Both the position numbers and the translations under genes were made by a program. Positions 19,404 to 34,051 of a stretch of DNA of 64,000 bases are shown here, piece by piece. The first letter of the stretch is position 1, and each line of letters starts with the position of its first letter. Under the pieces are notes generated by a model. That model searched no databases. It was given only the letters and a program-made list of their open reading frames with translations, and was not told the origin of the DNA. The stretch is taken from sequence record PQ464595.1; one strand, written 5' to 3'.

Positions 19404-21392
19404 TTATGCTTCTTCTACTTCGCGAGTCCAATCTTTACGGTCATCAGCACGTTCTTTGTTGAAGATCAAATCTAGGGTTTCTCCTAGTGAACCATCATCA
19501 GTAATCGCAACTGCTACACCATTAGATAAAGCATCACGGAAGTTTGTTACTTCAAGAGTACCAAGACCTTTCGCACGTGTTGCTTTCCATCCTTTCCATT
19601 CTTCGGGATTATATTCATGGACGTTGTGACCATAGAAGTACTTCGATTCTTTACCTTTCTCAAGGATGATGAACGGAGTTTTGAAGATATAGATGAATGG
19701 GTCTTCTGGATCAGCGAATAACTCAGGCCAGAATTTATAGAAGAAGTTCACCACAAGAGCACCGATGTTCTTACCATCTTCATCTTCATCAGCACAAATG
19801 TATAACTTGCCGAAGTTCATATTAGCACGAACGGCACGTTCACCTGGAATTAGATTTAGTGATGCCATAATGTCATGTATCGCTGAAGGTTTATCAGCAG
19901 TACCCATTAGGTCTTTAGTCTTCTCTTTACCGTTTACGTTCTGGATTTTACCACGTAGTGGAAGAATACCATGAATCTCGGAGTTCCTAGCAGCAGTCAT
20001 TGAAGATACTGCGGAATCACCTTCTGCGATTAGTAGAATACATTTAGAACGATCAGTACCATTAGCATCACGCAATTTAGCAACTTTACCTTTCAGTAAA
20101 CGTTTAGCCATCTTACGATCTTCATCGGCATCTTTCTTGTTTGTACGTTCAGCACAACGAGTATAAATTTCTTCAACCCAATCGTTATTTTTCTTAACGA
20201 GTTCAGCGAAGAATTCATCAGTCATTGCGTTCTGTACTGGTTTAATGACATTCTCATTAGTTAGCTTCGTTTTGATCTGAGAGTTGAATGTTGGAGTATT
20301 CATCTTAGTGACGTTATAAATCAACAAACCTTCTTCAATATCAGAACGGTTAGGGGTCATTTTCTTTTGCTTAGATTTACGTTCTAGGGCTTTAATAACG
20401 CCTAGTGCGAACTTCTGTTGGAAGGTATCTAAGTGAGTACCACCTTCGAGGGAGGGTGCGTTGTTAACAAGACCTTGCATATGTAGGTTCTTGCTAAGTC
20501 CACCAACTACACCAGGGACAATATAGAAAGTACTGTCAAAGCCAGTTGTACCGTCTTCAACTTTCAATGTCATAGTGTTTTTGTGAGCCGAGAATAGACC
20601 TTTCTTAGCGACAACAATACGTTCACCGTTCAAGAAAATCTTGTACGATGGATTTGCTGCTGCGATTTCTTTCAGAATACTAAACACGAGTTCAAGAGGT
20701 AAAGTATGTACTTTAAACACTTCTTTACTGATTTTGAATCGTACTGTAGTACCAGTCTTCTCTGCCTGTACTTTACGAATACTTGGTTCATTAATTCCAA
20801 GTTCAGGGAACATTGCTGTACCTTCAGTGAACTTCTGAGTGAATTTATATGTACCTTCGTATTCAGAGTTGGCTTTATCGGTTTTGTACGGCTTACCCGC
20901 ACGATGAATTTCGAGTTCAGCTTTCTCAGATACGATCATAACCACTGAACCGCCTAAGCCGTTCATCCCGATAACGTTAGTACGTTCATCATCGTTAAAG
21001 TTACGTCCAGTTTTCATTTCGGTTAGAACCATAGTACACACGTGTTTCTGTGTTTCTGGTACATAGTCGATTGGAATACCACGACCGTTATCGCTAATTT
21101 CGAATTCTAATTCATCTTGATTGTACTGGACTTTCAGTACTGGATCTTTAGTTCCAGCTTTTACGAATTCATCCAGTGAGTTATCCACGATTTCGCGGAA
21201 AGATGTTAGTAGGGCAGGAACCCAACCTAAGTTTTGCACGTTGAAACCTTCTTCTCCAAAGAGAAGTACAGGTTGTTCATGTTCTGATTTCGAACCCAAA
21301 TACATTTCAGTACGGATACGAGCATGTTGATATTCAGTTAATTGCTGTACCCCATGTTCAGCGAGAACAGAACTTTTCTTTTCCTTTGCCAT
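19404..21392 (-). CDS. gp39: Type II DNA topoisomerase, GyrB/ParE-like ATPase+TOPRIM subunit (T4 gp39+gp60 in one chain)
   Basis: EIVDNSLDE, DNGRGIP, GMNGLG, EGDSA, PLRGK, DEDEDG, KGLG; start moved to MAKEK (21392). Confidence 0.93.
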   Translation of the reverse strand: MAKEKKSSVLAEHGVQQLTEYQHARIRTEMYLGSKSEHEQPVLLFGEEGFNVQNLGWVPALLTSFREIVDNSLDEFVKAGTKDPVLKVQYNQDELEFEISDNGRGIPIDYVPETQKHVCTMVLTEMKTGRNFNDDERTNVIGMNGLGGSVVMIVSEKAELEIHRAGKPYKTDKANSEYEGTYKFTQKFTEGTAMFPELGINEPSIRKVQAEKTGTTVRFKISKEVFKVHTLPLELVFSILKEIAAANPSYKIFLNGERIVVAKKGLFSAHKNTMTLKVEDGTTGFDSTFYIVPGVVGGLSKNLHMQGLVNNAPSLEGGTHLDTFQQKFALGVIKALERKSKQKKMTPNRSDIEEGLLIYNVTKMNTPTFNSQIKTKLTNENVIKPVQNAMTDEFFAELVKKNNDWVEEIYTRCAERTNKKDADEDRKMAKRLLKGKVAKLRDANGTDRSKCILLIAEGDSAVSSMTAARNSEIHGILPLRGKIQNVNGKEKTKDLMGTADKPSAIHDIMASLNLIPGERAVRANMNFGKLYICADEDEDGKNIGALVVNFFYKFWPELFADPEDPFIYIFKTPFIILEKGKESKYFYGHNVHEYNPEEWKGWKATRAKGLGTLEVTNFRDALSNGVAVAITDDGSLGETLDLIFNKERADDRKDWTREVEEA

Positions 21393-21486
21393 TTCAAATT
21401 CCTTTTTGTTTCTTAGCCATTGCATTATAGCATAAATTGTTTCTTTGTTCCAAAAAAATAACGACGCATCTCTGCGTCGTTAGTAT

Positions 21487-21858
21487 TTATAGTAGAACCA
21501 ATATAGCGATTATCACGTAGTGTGTCAAGTGGTGAGCCATCTGGTCGATACCTAAGTACCACCAGAATTGAGGCTTACTGTGATCAGTACTGCGAGAAGC
21601 TTCGACTTTGACTTTATCGACAATAAAGTGTATTCCAAAATCAAGTAGTGCGACTGCTATCATAATCTGAAGCGAAGCACCAGCACACAAAGCTATCAAT
21701 AACGTACCTAAAAAGTGCGTTCCAGCATGTGCGGTTAGTGGTAGTTCCCACCCTTCTTCTTTGAATTTACCTAGCATGTAACGACCCTGGAAGAAGTAAT
21801 CACATAGTAGATGTTTAATTTGGTACACGAATAGTAAGATAAAAATCGTGGTTATCAT
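21487..21858 (-). CDS. DUF3307-like membrane protein
   Basis: H.L.DY.FQ, H..TH, HF.VD..K and DQ..H motifs; hydrophobic. Confidence 0.7.
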   Translation of the reverse strand: MITTIFILLFVYQIKHLLCDYFFQGRYMLGKFKEEGWELPLTAHAGTHFLGTLLIALCAGASLQIMIAVALLDFGIHFIVDKVKVEASRSTDHSKPQFWWYLGIDQMAHHLTHYVIIAILVLL

Positions 21859-21867
21859 ATTTTGCCT

Positions 21868-24317
21868 TTATTTGACTAGTAATAGTTGGAACTGCGATTG
21901 AGGCGAATCTTCTTCATCACTCCAGTACTTGTGGAATTTCTCTGGTGTAGCAGCTTGTAGTACTTCACCATTAGCAACCACATATACTTTATGTGACTGA
22001 ATCAGTCTTTGCCAGAATTTAATGGCATCATCGGATTGTAGGCGTCCACTTAGAATTGGAGTACCTTCAACTTTAATAATGTCCATGAACATCTGATAAA
22101 CTACACCTTTAACCGACCGGCTAGAGGCTGTTACATCGACGTTAAACCATCCTTCATCCACATGACCATTAACTGAAGCAATTGCTTCTCCAGTATCATT
22201 GTCATATGCCATGTATCCATCTTTCCCACGGTAAGTTGTCCACTCACCATGATCTTTAACTGGAGTCATGTTTTTTGGTGTATTAGTTTTTGCTTGCTTA
22301 TCTACGTACACTTGTGGGTCCATTCCCATAAACGAATCATATTTAAGTGGCATTTCTTCTAGAACACCTTTGTTAATTAGTTCTTGATCTTCAGCATCAT
22401 CCATATCATGTTCTAGTTCAGCATTTTGTACAATGTCTGCTAGACCACGCATACTTGATTCTGCCATAGCTGCTTCACCACGTTCTTTGCGTTTAGCAGT
22501 ACGCTCTACATAATAAGCAAGTGATTCATCAAAATCAGCAATAGATTCTGAGTACTGTAATGCTTTGTTTATGTGCCGTGGTTCAACTTCTGAATTGTAA
22601 TATGCGTCAAAGACCTTAGTGAAGAATTCTTCGATTTCTTTTTCTGAACCGATGAAATCATTTTCACCATCATCAATATCAACAGTATACATTTTTCCTG
22701 ACGTTTGGCAAACAATTTTTGCTTTTACATCTGCCATTTGGACAAGGAAAAATCCTTCGTCTTGAATATAATCATCAAATTGAACTCTACGTGAATTGTC
22801 ATGGTTCAAGAATCCAGAGTTTTCATTGATATTCTCAACTGCGAATAGCATACCTTCTAGATTAGCATCAGGTGCGTTTTCTTTTTCAACCATATCTTGT
22901 AGAGCATTAATTCCACGCATGTTACCAAGATAATTGACAGGTAATTTAGCCATTTGTTCTTTGGTAAAATCAATACGAAGTTGCTCACCACCATCAGGTT
23001 TAACAAGAATGAAATAATCATCACGGTGTCCGTGACGGAAGACTATATCATATGGTGTATATCCACCTTCAACACGTAATGTGAATTGTTCTGGATCATG
23101 TTTTTTGCTCAATCCATGAATCTTTGGTTGTTCACCAAATTCTTGCCATACTTTCAAGTATAAATCACCCATTAAGCTATCGCCTGGTGCTGGGTATTCT
23201 TGATCACGTTCAAATTCATGACCATCATCAATATTCTTTTCAGTACTGTCAAATTCGTGATTATCTTCAGCATTTAGTTCATTATCATAGAAGTTACTAA
23301 CTTCACGATAAATCAATTTCATTGCCTTATTAGCACGAGCATCTTCTTTATACTTACGAAGTTCTTTTACTAGATTCGCTTGTGGATATGATCTTAAAAC
23401 ATGTTGAATAGCTTTAGAAATATCTGCATTCTTATTACCAGTTATTGAATCTGGATTTTCCTCAAGCCATTCATTAGCGAAATTCGCTAAATCTTTTACT
23501 TGTGGTCCAAATTCAATACCACCACGATAATACGCATCCGGGTCTTTTCCAGAAATATAATCAGGATGCTGATGGGTTTGTTGGTCTTTTGGATTTAAAT
23601 TTCTATTAACTACCTGTTGAATAGTATGTTGAAGTTCATGCTCAACTGTACCAATAGCATAATTAAGAGAACGAGCAACACCATCTAGGGTAGTATTCTT
23701 AATATCTTGATAAGACGGAATACCTAAATCTAACTCATTTTGAGTTCCACGAACAGCACTGCTTCCACCTTTATGAAGGAACTGATTACTCATTTTCATC
23801 TTGATTGTAAGACTATTAATAAGTTCTTTGGTGCGTGGATTCTTTTTCAAATTTTCAGGTAATGAATTATAAATTTCATCAGGATCAATATTCAAATGGG
23901 TACTGCTATTGATATATTTCTTCAAATCATCAGGTGATAGTACTGAAGCACCATACTTACGTTGAAATCTACGCAAGAAATTCATTAGTGCTTCAGCAGC
24001 TTCAGTTTTATGTTGATTAACAAGTTCATGTTGTTTCATCACACCCATAGTTAGAAGTACTGAACCAACATATTTTTGAACTTGTTTCAGTAGTGTTTGC
24101 GGTACTTTAATAATACCAACACCACTTGCTTCATCAAGTTCAACTTCTTCTGATACATGAGATGGAAGGTCAGAACCCTTCTTAAGATTCCCATCCTTCT
24201 CGTCAGCTTTATTAAAATCGTGAGCAACACTTTGGTCGATACCTGCGTCTCTAGCAATATCTGGATTGTGAGCAGCGGCAGCCATTAAATGTGCCTGAGC
24301 TTTGCTTTTACTTGGCA

Positions 24318-24318
<1 letters not shown>
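21868..24318 (-). CDS. Large multidomain protein with a zincin HEXXH motif and a C-terminal GNAT-like segment; probable capsid-internal protein
   Basis: TVEHELQH...YYRGGIEF; N-terminal domain paralogous to 24318-25907; acidic xxE linkers. Confidence 0.55.
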
Positions 24319-26480
<2,162 letters not shown>

Positions 26481-26497
26481 CTAATTAGGTAAGAATA

Positions 26498-27031
26498 TTA
26501 AATGTCGCCTGGGAAATCACGACGAATCAGACGTTCCAGTACTTCTAAGCTGTCCATGCTGGAAGCATTGAAAGTTTCGATAATGTCAGTTTCCAGTTCT
26601 TCATCAACCTGTTCGTTGATGGTTTCTACCATACATGCAAACGTGTGAGCGAGTTCGTAAGTATAAGTACCTACGATGCATGAACCGTTATAGTGAACAA
26701 GGTCAGCCATTTGAGTAGCTTCTTCGAAAGTTTTGCGGAACAAGTCGCCAATGACTTGAACAACGAAGTCTTTTGAAGATTTTGGATTATCAAGAATAAC
26801 CAGATTGTACATTGGAACTGCCAAATGATTATTTTTCGGATGGTCACGCAGGAAAGCGTCTAAACCATGTTTGATCGCTTCAACTTCATCAATTGCGAAA
26901 GATGATTTAACGATACTAACGTAGTCAGTAATATCACTGTCGCCAGCAATGTAGTATACTGAATCTTTATAAGAAGCCTTAACCACATCCATAGCAGGTA
27001 GGGAAAATACTTCACGCACGATATGTTTCAT
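26498..27031 (-). CDS. clpS: ClpS-like adaptor protein with an extra N-terminal domain
   Basis: YNLVILDN...DFVVQVIGDLF....EEATQMADLVHYNGSCIVGTYTYELA matches the ClpS core; start moved to MKHIV. Confidence 0.75.
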   Translation of the reverse strand: MKHIVREVFSLPAMDVVKASYKDSVYYIAGDSDITDYVSIVKSSFAIDEVEAIKHGLDAFLRDHPKNNHLAVPMYNLVILDNPKSSKDFVVQVIGDLFRKTFEEATQMADLVHYNGSCIVGTYTYELAHTFACMVETINEQVDEELETDIIETFNASSMDSLEVLERLIRRDFPGDI

Positions 27032-27090
27032 AATAATACTCCAGATGTGTGTTAGGGGGTGCTTTTTTGTATTTAGCACCCTTACTGTAC

Positions 27091-27597
27091 TTACTTCGCT
27101 TTTACCGTACAGGTCACATTGTTCCCTTGTACTGCGACATTTTGGACGAAATCGGATTCCTCGATACGTGCGACGAATTGGGTCATCTTTGCGATGTTCG
27201 CTGCGATCATATCGGGATTAGACCTAGCACGACCAGTCATTTTCATAACTACCCGTACATGTTTACCTTCCTGGATAAATTTGTGAGCAGCTTTCAACTT
27301 CGTTTGGAGATCATTCTCCTGAGTACTGAAAGCGAACTGAACTTCTTTAACCTGAACGGCAGTTTCACGCTGTTTCTTTTTATTGCTTTTATCAGCTTGT
27401 TTTTGCTCATACAAGTATTTGTTCAAGTCCATAATTTTCACTACAGGAACATCTTGTTCAGATACTTGGATAAGATCCATTTCTTTACTGTAAGCAAGAT
27501 TCCGTGCTTCAGCAATTGCCATTACTTTACTAGAATCTCCTTGTACGACACGAACATTCTTAGCAGTAATTTTTTCGTTGGCAATAACAGATTTCAT
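27091..27597 (-). CDS. infC: Translation initiation factor IF3 homolog
   Basis: ANEKITAKNVRVV, DLIQVS...PVVKIMD..KYLYEQK, VKEVQF, DL.TKL..A..F..EG..VRV; start moved to MKSVI. Confidence 0.9.
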   Translation of the reverse strand: MKSVIANEKITAKNVRVVQGDSSKVMAIAEARNLAYSKEMDLIQVSEQDVPVVKIMDLNKYLYEQKQADKSNKKKQRETAVQVKEVQFAFSTQENDLQTKLKAAHKFIQEGKHVRVVMKMTGRARSNPDMIAANIAKMTQFVARIEESDFVQNVAVQGNNVTCTVKAK

Positions 27598-27637
27598 ATT
27601 GGATTTGTAACTCCGTGGGGGTTTGTTTACGTAGGAG

Positions 27638-27666
27638 ATGGTATCAGAAAGATACCAGCCCGTCAA
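27638..27666 (-). promoter_or_regulatory. Sigma70-type promoter of the IF3 gene
   Basis: TTGACG-17 bp-TACCAT with the inverted repeat TGGTATC-AGAAA-GATACCA (27639-27657). Confidence 0.65.
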
Positions 27667-27671
27667 GCAGC

Positions 27672-27866
27672 TTACTGCTTGGTTTCGGCGTCTTTTAACG
27701 CCTTGCATATTTCTTGAACAAATTTCAAGTTAGCGATAGCTGTATCAGCAACGCTACGTGTACGTGGGTACGGTGCTTCCTGAGACATTTTCTCAAGATC
27801 AAAAATAATTTGGTCGAACGCACCAACGTCCTCTAGAATGCGATCATAAAAGGATTTGCTATCCAT
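27672..27866 (-). CDS. Small hypothetical protein
   Basis: 64 aa, GGAG RBS. Confidence 0.65.
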   Translation of the reverse strand: MDSKSFYDRILEDVGAFDQIIFDLEKMSQEAPYPRTRSVADTAIANLKFVQEICKALKDAETKQ

Positions 27867-27889
27867 GTCAACTCCATGTTGTGTAGGTT

Positions 27890-28438
27890 TTAAGCAGTTA
27901 GAACGATATGTACAACAGTACTTTCAACACCAGCATCAGCCACTGTGATATACTCAGTTTTCAATTCACGATAATCGTTAGTTGTACTTGAGCCAGGGAA
28001 CTGTGCTTTAGAGTAAGTAACTTGTACTTCAAAGAATTCGTCTAGTAGTTCAGCACTTAAAGCTTCATCAATGATAGCTTTAATTACACCAGCCGCATCA
28101 GCAAAGTGATCACTCGTCAGTACTTCTAGAGTACTTAGGAATGGCTCAATGCTAATATAGCCTACTACGATTTCTGCGTCAGATGGAACAGTGCTTGCTG
28201 TACCTTCTGTATCGTATTTGATTGTAAAATATACAGGAACTGATAGTTCTGATAGTTTACGCTCAACGTGTTTTAGTCTAACAAAAGCCTTAGCTTTTGT
28301 CAAGGTTTCAGCGTCCGTTGGAACGGTTGTGCTTGTATTGTCGTAATCAGCGTACTCGAAAAATTTCTTATCGTCAAGTACTTCGCCAGGTACTTTAATA
28401 CTAAATGCGTTGAATAAGTTGTTCATTGTAGTCTCCAT
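27890..28438 (-). CDS. Hypothetical protein, probably late/virion
   Basis: ATAAATA at 28455-28461 just upstream; acidic, Thr/Ala-rich. Confidence 0.6.
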   Translation of the reverse strand: METTMNNLFNAFSIKVPGEVLDDKKFFEYADYDNTSTTVPTDAETLTKAKAFVRLKHVERKLSELSVPVYFTIKYDTEGTASTVPSDAEIVVGYISIEPFLSTLEVLTSDHFADAAGVIKAIIDEALSAELLDEFFEVQVTYSKAQFPGSSTTNDYRELKTEYITVADAGVESTVVHIVLTA

Positions 28439-28462
28439 ATAAAGAACTTTCTATTATTTATG

Positions 28463-29799
28463 TTAGAATCTTCCACTTTTACGCAACATCACACTATAAC
28501 GTGGACGTGTCAAAGCAGTGTACAGAATACGGCACTTTGTATCGTTGTTTGGAATTCGTTCAATAAAATCGGTATCGAACCAGATATTATCAAAAGTACT
28601 TCCTTGTGATTTGTGAGCCGTAGTCGCATATGGATAGTTAATGACGTTAATCTTATTCTTGATTACATAGTAATCTTGCCACATGTAAGGCTTTTTGGTC
28701 AATGGATTTTCGACACGTTTTTCAATCTTGTCAACAAGATCTTTCAAGTATTCTTCTAGCTTGATTCGGGTATATGGTCCGACTCCTAGAAGGAAATTAC
28801 CATTTGGTAATTTGAACTGCCAACAATCAATTCCTAAGAATGATTCCTGGCGAATTTCAGGACACTGAATAACCTGTTGTACTGTGTAAGGACAGTTCTC
28901 AGTGATACTCTCGAATACGATTGGCTCACCTGGAATAAATTCAGTGTCAGTATGTTCATGGAAGACTTCATTCCTAATATACATATTCGCGAAGTTCACA
29001 CGGTAATTAGTATAAGCAATGATCTTGTTCTCCTGAACGAAATCGTAAATCTTCAATGATGAAGTACTGTGCTCCTTGATATACTCTTTATACACATCCA
29101 GGAATACCATTTCATCTTCAATCGGTGTAATAGTCTCAAGGTCATCTAGTTGGTTCAAGATAGCCATTGGATCATTGCGAGTACCGATACATTGACGGAT
29201 TTGTGTAGCAACACTTAGAATTGGGTTATCTAGTGCTTGACGAAGTACTTCATTTAATTCGTATTGTAGCGGAATATCGAATGTAGGACTTAGCCTTGTT
29301 TCTCCAGTAGTACCTTCAGATTCAACTGGTGGTAGCTGGCATTTGTCGCCGATAAAGATAATAGCACGGCGTACACGGTGAATTTGATCCATGATGTGTT
29401 TGTACATTTCTTCTGAAATCATACTACATTCATCTACAAACAATACATCCACCATAGCTGTACTGTTCTTGGATTGTGGGTCATGTTTCAGTACTTGACG
29501 ACTTTTCTCATAGACTAATTTCAATCCTAAGAACGAGTGTATAGTACTGACTAGAGCATCTTCTTTATCTAATCCAGCATTGAGCAACATCTTACGCAGT
29601 ACAGCATTTGCTTTGTGCGTTGGTGAAGTTACAGCAATGTTATATCCCTGATATATATTCCCGATGATTTCAGATACCAAAGTACTTTTACCAGTTCCGG
29701 CATAACCAACGATTACTGCCTCAGTTCGACCTGGAAAGTTATTGATTCTGTCAATTACATCATCAAAAATATCTTGTTGCTTGTCCGTAAGCGTAATAC

Positions 29800-29803
<4 letters not shown>
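28463..29803 (-). CDS. dda: Dda-like SF1B DNA helicase
   Basis: GYAGTGKST, VTSPTHKA, VDECSM, GDKCQLPPV, AHKSQGSTF, YTALTR. Confidence 0.9.
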
Positions 29804-30742
<939 letters not shown>

Positions 30743-30750
<8 letters not shown>

Positions 30751-31123
30751 TTTTATGTTCTTTCACTTTGTTATATGCGTGTACAAGATTCATTACACGG
30801 TAGAATAATACGCCAGTAATTGCCATCAGTACTGAGTAGTTCTGAAGAAGTACTCCGATGATAATAGCATGACAGATGTATGAACCGATAAAGTTCACTA
30901 ATCGTATCTTATATTCTGATTCATCGAAAATTAATTCAACGGCTTCTTTGTGTTCAGGTTTCAGGTTAGGATAGCGTTTAATCCACGCATCTATTCTGAA
31001 GGTGACAAATAGAGCACCGAGAGATAAGAAAAGGTATAATGATAGAAGATAATTCACATAACCTGCATAATAAAGCAGCGAAGTGATTATAATCATGATA
31101 ATGTTATAAATAGTTGGAAACAT
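30743..31123 (-). CDS. Hypothetical membrane protein
   Basis: Three to four hydrophobic segments; TGTGCTATAAT promoter at 31151-31161. Confidence 0.7.
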
Positions 31124-31223
31124 AAGACGCTCTTAGTAAGTTTTGTAAAGATTATAGCACAAATCCAATTCTCGTTCCAGTTTTTTACACTTTTTAACCA
31201 TGTACAGGTAAATATGTGTATAA

Positions 31224-31967
<744 letters not shown>

Positions 31968-31978
31968 GGAGAATAAGC

Positions 31979-32632
31979 ATGTTTAATCGTAAAGATAAAC
32001 CTTCCATATTGGAAAGATTTTTTACTGTTGTTGCGTGTTTCGTACTTGGTGTGTTCGTCCTGTTCAACGCGAATTTTATACAAGGTAAAGCCGAAGCAGA
32101 AGTATTCCCAATAATGATGAACAGTGTTTATGCTAGTCAGCAAAACAATGAGAACATTAATGTGGAGTTCAGGAAAATGATGTTAAAATATCCTGATATA
32201 CATTCTGTGGTTTTATATAAATTCGTGCAAGATAGCGGAACATCCATATATACTGGTCAAATCAATATAACATCTGAAACACACGATGGCTCTAAATTAC
32301 CGGTTGATAGCAATATCAATCCTATGGTAGATAGTACTAACAGTATTCAAGATATTCTATTGAATAAGATCAACTACGAAAACGTTGCTACAATTCAACT
32401 TTTATGTGAGAACAAATTTAATGCATCTCAACTATTTTCATGCGAGAGATACAAGAAGATTGGTTCACAATATAAAAGTGTAATATCTATTCCAATAATC
32501 CAAAACGTCGATGTTGGCGTAATTGGGTATGTGATGATCACATTGGGGTCAGAATACGATAACCTTCAAGTTCAAGATCTTGTCAATGGTTTACGACCAT
32601 ATATCACAAGTGTTCAGTTACTTGTCAATTAA
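31979..32632 (+). CDS. Putative T4 gpT-like holin, copy 2
   Basis: One TM; SVVLYKF and SVISIPI...VIGYVMITL; paralogous to copy 1. Confidence 0.5.
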   Translation: MFNRKDKPSILERFFTVVACFVLGVFVLFNANFIQGKAEAEVFPIMMNSVYASQQNNENINVEFRKMMLKYPDIHSVVLYKFVQDSGTSIYTGQINITSETHDGSKLPVDSNINPMVDSTNSIQDILLNKINYENVATIQLLCENKFNASQLFSCERYKKIGSQYKSVISIPIIQNVDVGVIGYVMITLGSEYDNLQVQDLVNGLRPYITSVQLLVN

Positions 32633-32636
32633 AATA

Positions 32637-32666
32637 AAAGGGAGCCTTTAAAGCTCCCTTTTTGTT
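32637..32666. terminator. Bidirectional terminator between convergent genes
   Basis: AAAAGGGAGC-CTTTAAA-GCTCCCTTTTT. Confidence 0.8.
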
Positions 32667-32667
32667 T

Positions 32668-33381
32668 TTAAGCGTTAATGAACTTCTGTAAATCAGGTTC
32701 GAAGAAGTTAAGACCTTTCAGTACTTTACCATCTCCAGCACGCCGAATTACAAAATATGAAGTGCCGTTAACCTGAACTTCATGACCCTCAGCACCAGTG
32801 TAATCTTCTGGTTTTTCTTCCCGGCGTTTAGCAATACTTGTAGCACAATCATGAGCACTGGTACAGAACTTAGCCATGTTAGATGCGTGAACTTCTTTGA
32901 AAGCACCATCTAAATCAAAGTTGTGTAGTGTAGCCAAATCAATAGTGTTATAAATCAGACTGTTCAAGCCACTCTGAATAGTACGCATGTCACCCATCAG
33001 AAGACCACGTGCGGTTTTCTCATAACAATCATTAATGTACTTAGACATAGTACTAGCAACGCTGATGGTCAGTAGAGTACTGGAGCCAGTGCGTTGACGC
33101 GGAACATCATAGGTTGGTGACTCGATACCAAAGGTAGCAAGAGCACCGTAAGCAACGTACAGAACGTCACAAATACCATCAAGAATCCCTTTCAAATCAT
33201 CTTTCGAGATACTATCAAATAGTTCATTCGCTCCCGCCATTTCTTCTTTAATCAAAGAAAGACGAAAGTTACCAACTTTAGTTGTAGGTTCAACGAAAGT
33301 AGTGTTTACTTCCTGTCCAGCTACAGTCATGAATTCGACTACAGCATCAAATTGTTCTTTGGTATTTGTTGTGTTAAACAT
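32668..33381 (-). CDS. MazG-like all-alpha NTP pyrophosphohydrolase
   Basis: LIKEE...LDGICDVLYVAYG, EVHASNMAK, R.GDGKVLKG..FFEPDL. Confidence 0.85.
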   Translation of the reverse strand: MFNTTNTKEQFDAVVEFMTVAGQEVNTTFVEPTTKVGNFRLSLIKEEMAGANELFDSISKDDLKGILDGICDVLYVAYGALATFGIESPTYDVPRQRTGSSTLLTISVASTMSKYINDCYEKTARGLLMGDMRTIQSGLNSLIYNTIDLATLHNFDLDGAFKEVHASNMAKFCTSAHDCATSIAKRREEKPEDYTGAEGHEVQVNGTSYFVIRRAGDGKVLKGLNFFEPDLQKFINA

Positions 33382-33758
33382 TACCATTCTCCATAATATG
33401 CGTCACCGTACTTGACAGTGACATTTCCTATTTCAGCAAAACTTGGTTCAATTTCTGATAGAATCAGAAGTAAACCTTTACAGTACTCTTTAACAAATTC
33501 TTCAGAGAACTCTGAGGTTTTAATCTGGAGCATTACATTAGTTCCAGTTAGACTCCCACCAACAAACATACCGTTGTCATATTCATACATGGCATCCAGT
33601 AGTTTGTATTCTAATGGGTTATCGAATAGTCCTGCTGATAGATCAATAGAAACCAAAGTATCAGCAAATTCAGCTAAGTGTAACTTTTTCAAGGAACGTT
33701 TACTGCGAAGTGTTGTTTTCGGATATTTTTCTTTGACTTTCTCGAAAGAGTACTGCAT
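33381..33758 (-). CDS. Hypothetical protein
   Basis: 125 aa, TAATG-coupled. Confidence 0.7.
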   Translation of the reverse strand: MQYSFEKVKEKYPKTTLRSKRSLKKLHLAEFADTLVSIDLSAGLFDNPLEYKLLDAMYEYDNGMFVGGSLTGTNVMLQIKTSEFSEEFVKEYCKGLLLILSEIEPSFAEIGNVTVKYGDAYYGEW

Positions 33759-33769
33759 AATGACTTCTC

Positions 33770-34000
33770 TTATTTGCGGTTCTGACGACGAGACTTACGA
33801 GCAACTTTGTTCGCAGCACGACGTTTAGTTTTGATTTTACGTTTCTCTGCTACATCAGAATCTTTCTTCATGTAGTAGTTAGACAGACGAGCAATCATCT
33901 TACGGGTATATTCCATTTCTTCAGCAGTCATTTCATATCCGGTGATTTCTTCTGATGCTTCGATGTTTTTCTCGACCATTTTATTCAGTTCGTTGTTCAT
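33770..34000 (-). CDS. Small protein with a highly basic C-terminus
   Basis: KRKIKTKRRAANKVARKSRRQNRK tail; TGTGCTATAAT promoter at 34036-34046. Confidence 0.7.
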   Translation of the reverse strand: MNNELNKMVEKNIEASEEITGYEMTAEEMEYTRKMIARLSNYYMKKDSDVAEKRKIKTKRRAANKVARKSRRQNRK

Positions 34001-34051
34001 TGTGATATTTTCCTTTTCACTGTTTTAACACGTTCATTATAGCACAAAAAG

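Noticed and set aside
19404-21392. Unsplit gp39/gp60 and a CTD-less GyrA-like subunit as a novelty
   Set aside because: Two-subunit, relaxation-type topoisomerases are common in T4-like phages other than T4 itself.
27049-27717. 222-aa plus-strand ORF and other antisense or nested ORFs in the track (e.g. 1860-2087, 3753-4097, 6578-6949, 9278-9808, 33412-33828, 56831-57241)
   Set aside because: They overlap well-supported minus-strand genes, lack RBS or promoter context and have shadow-frame composition.
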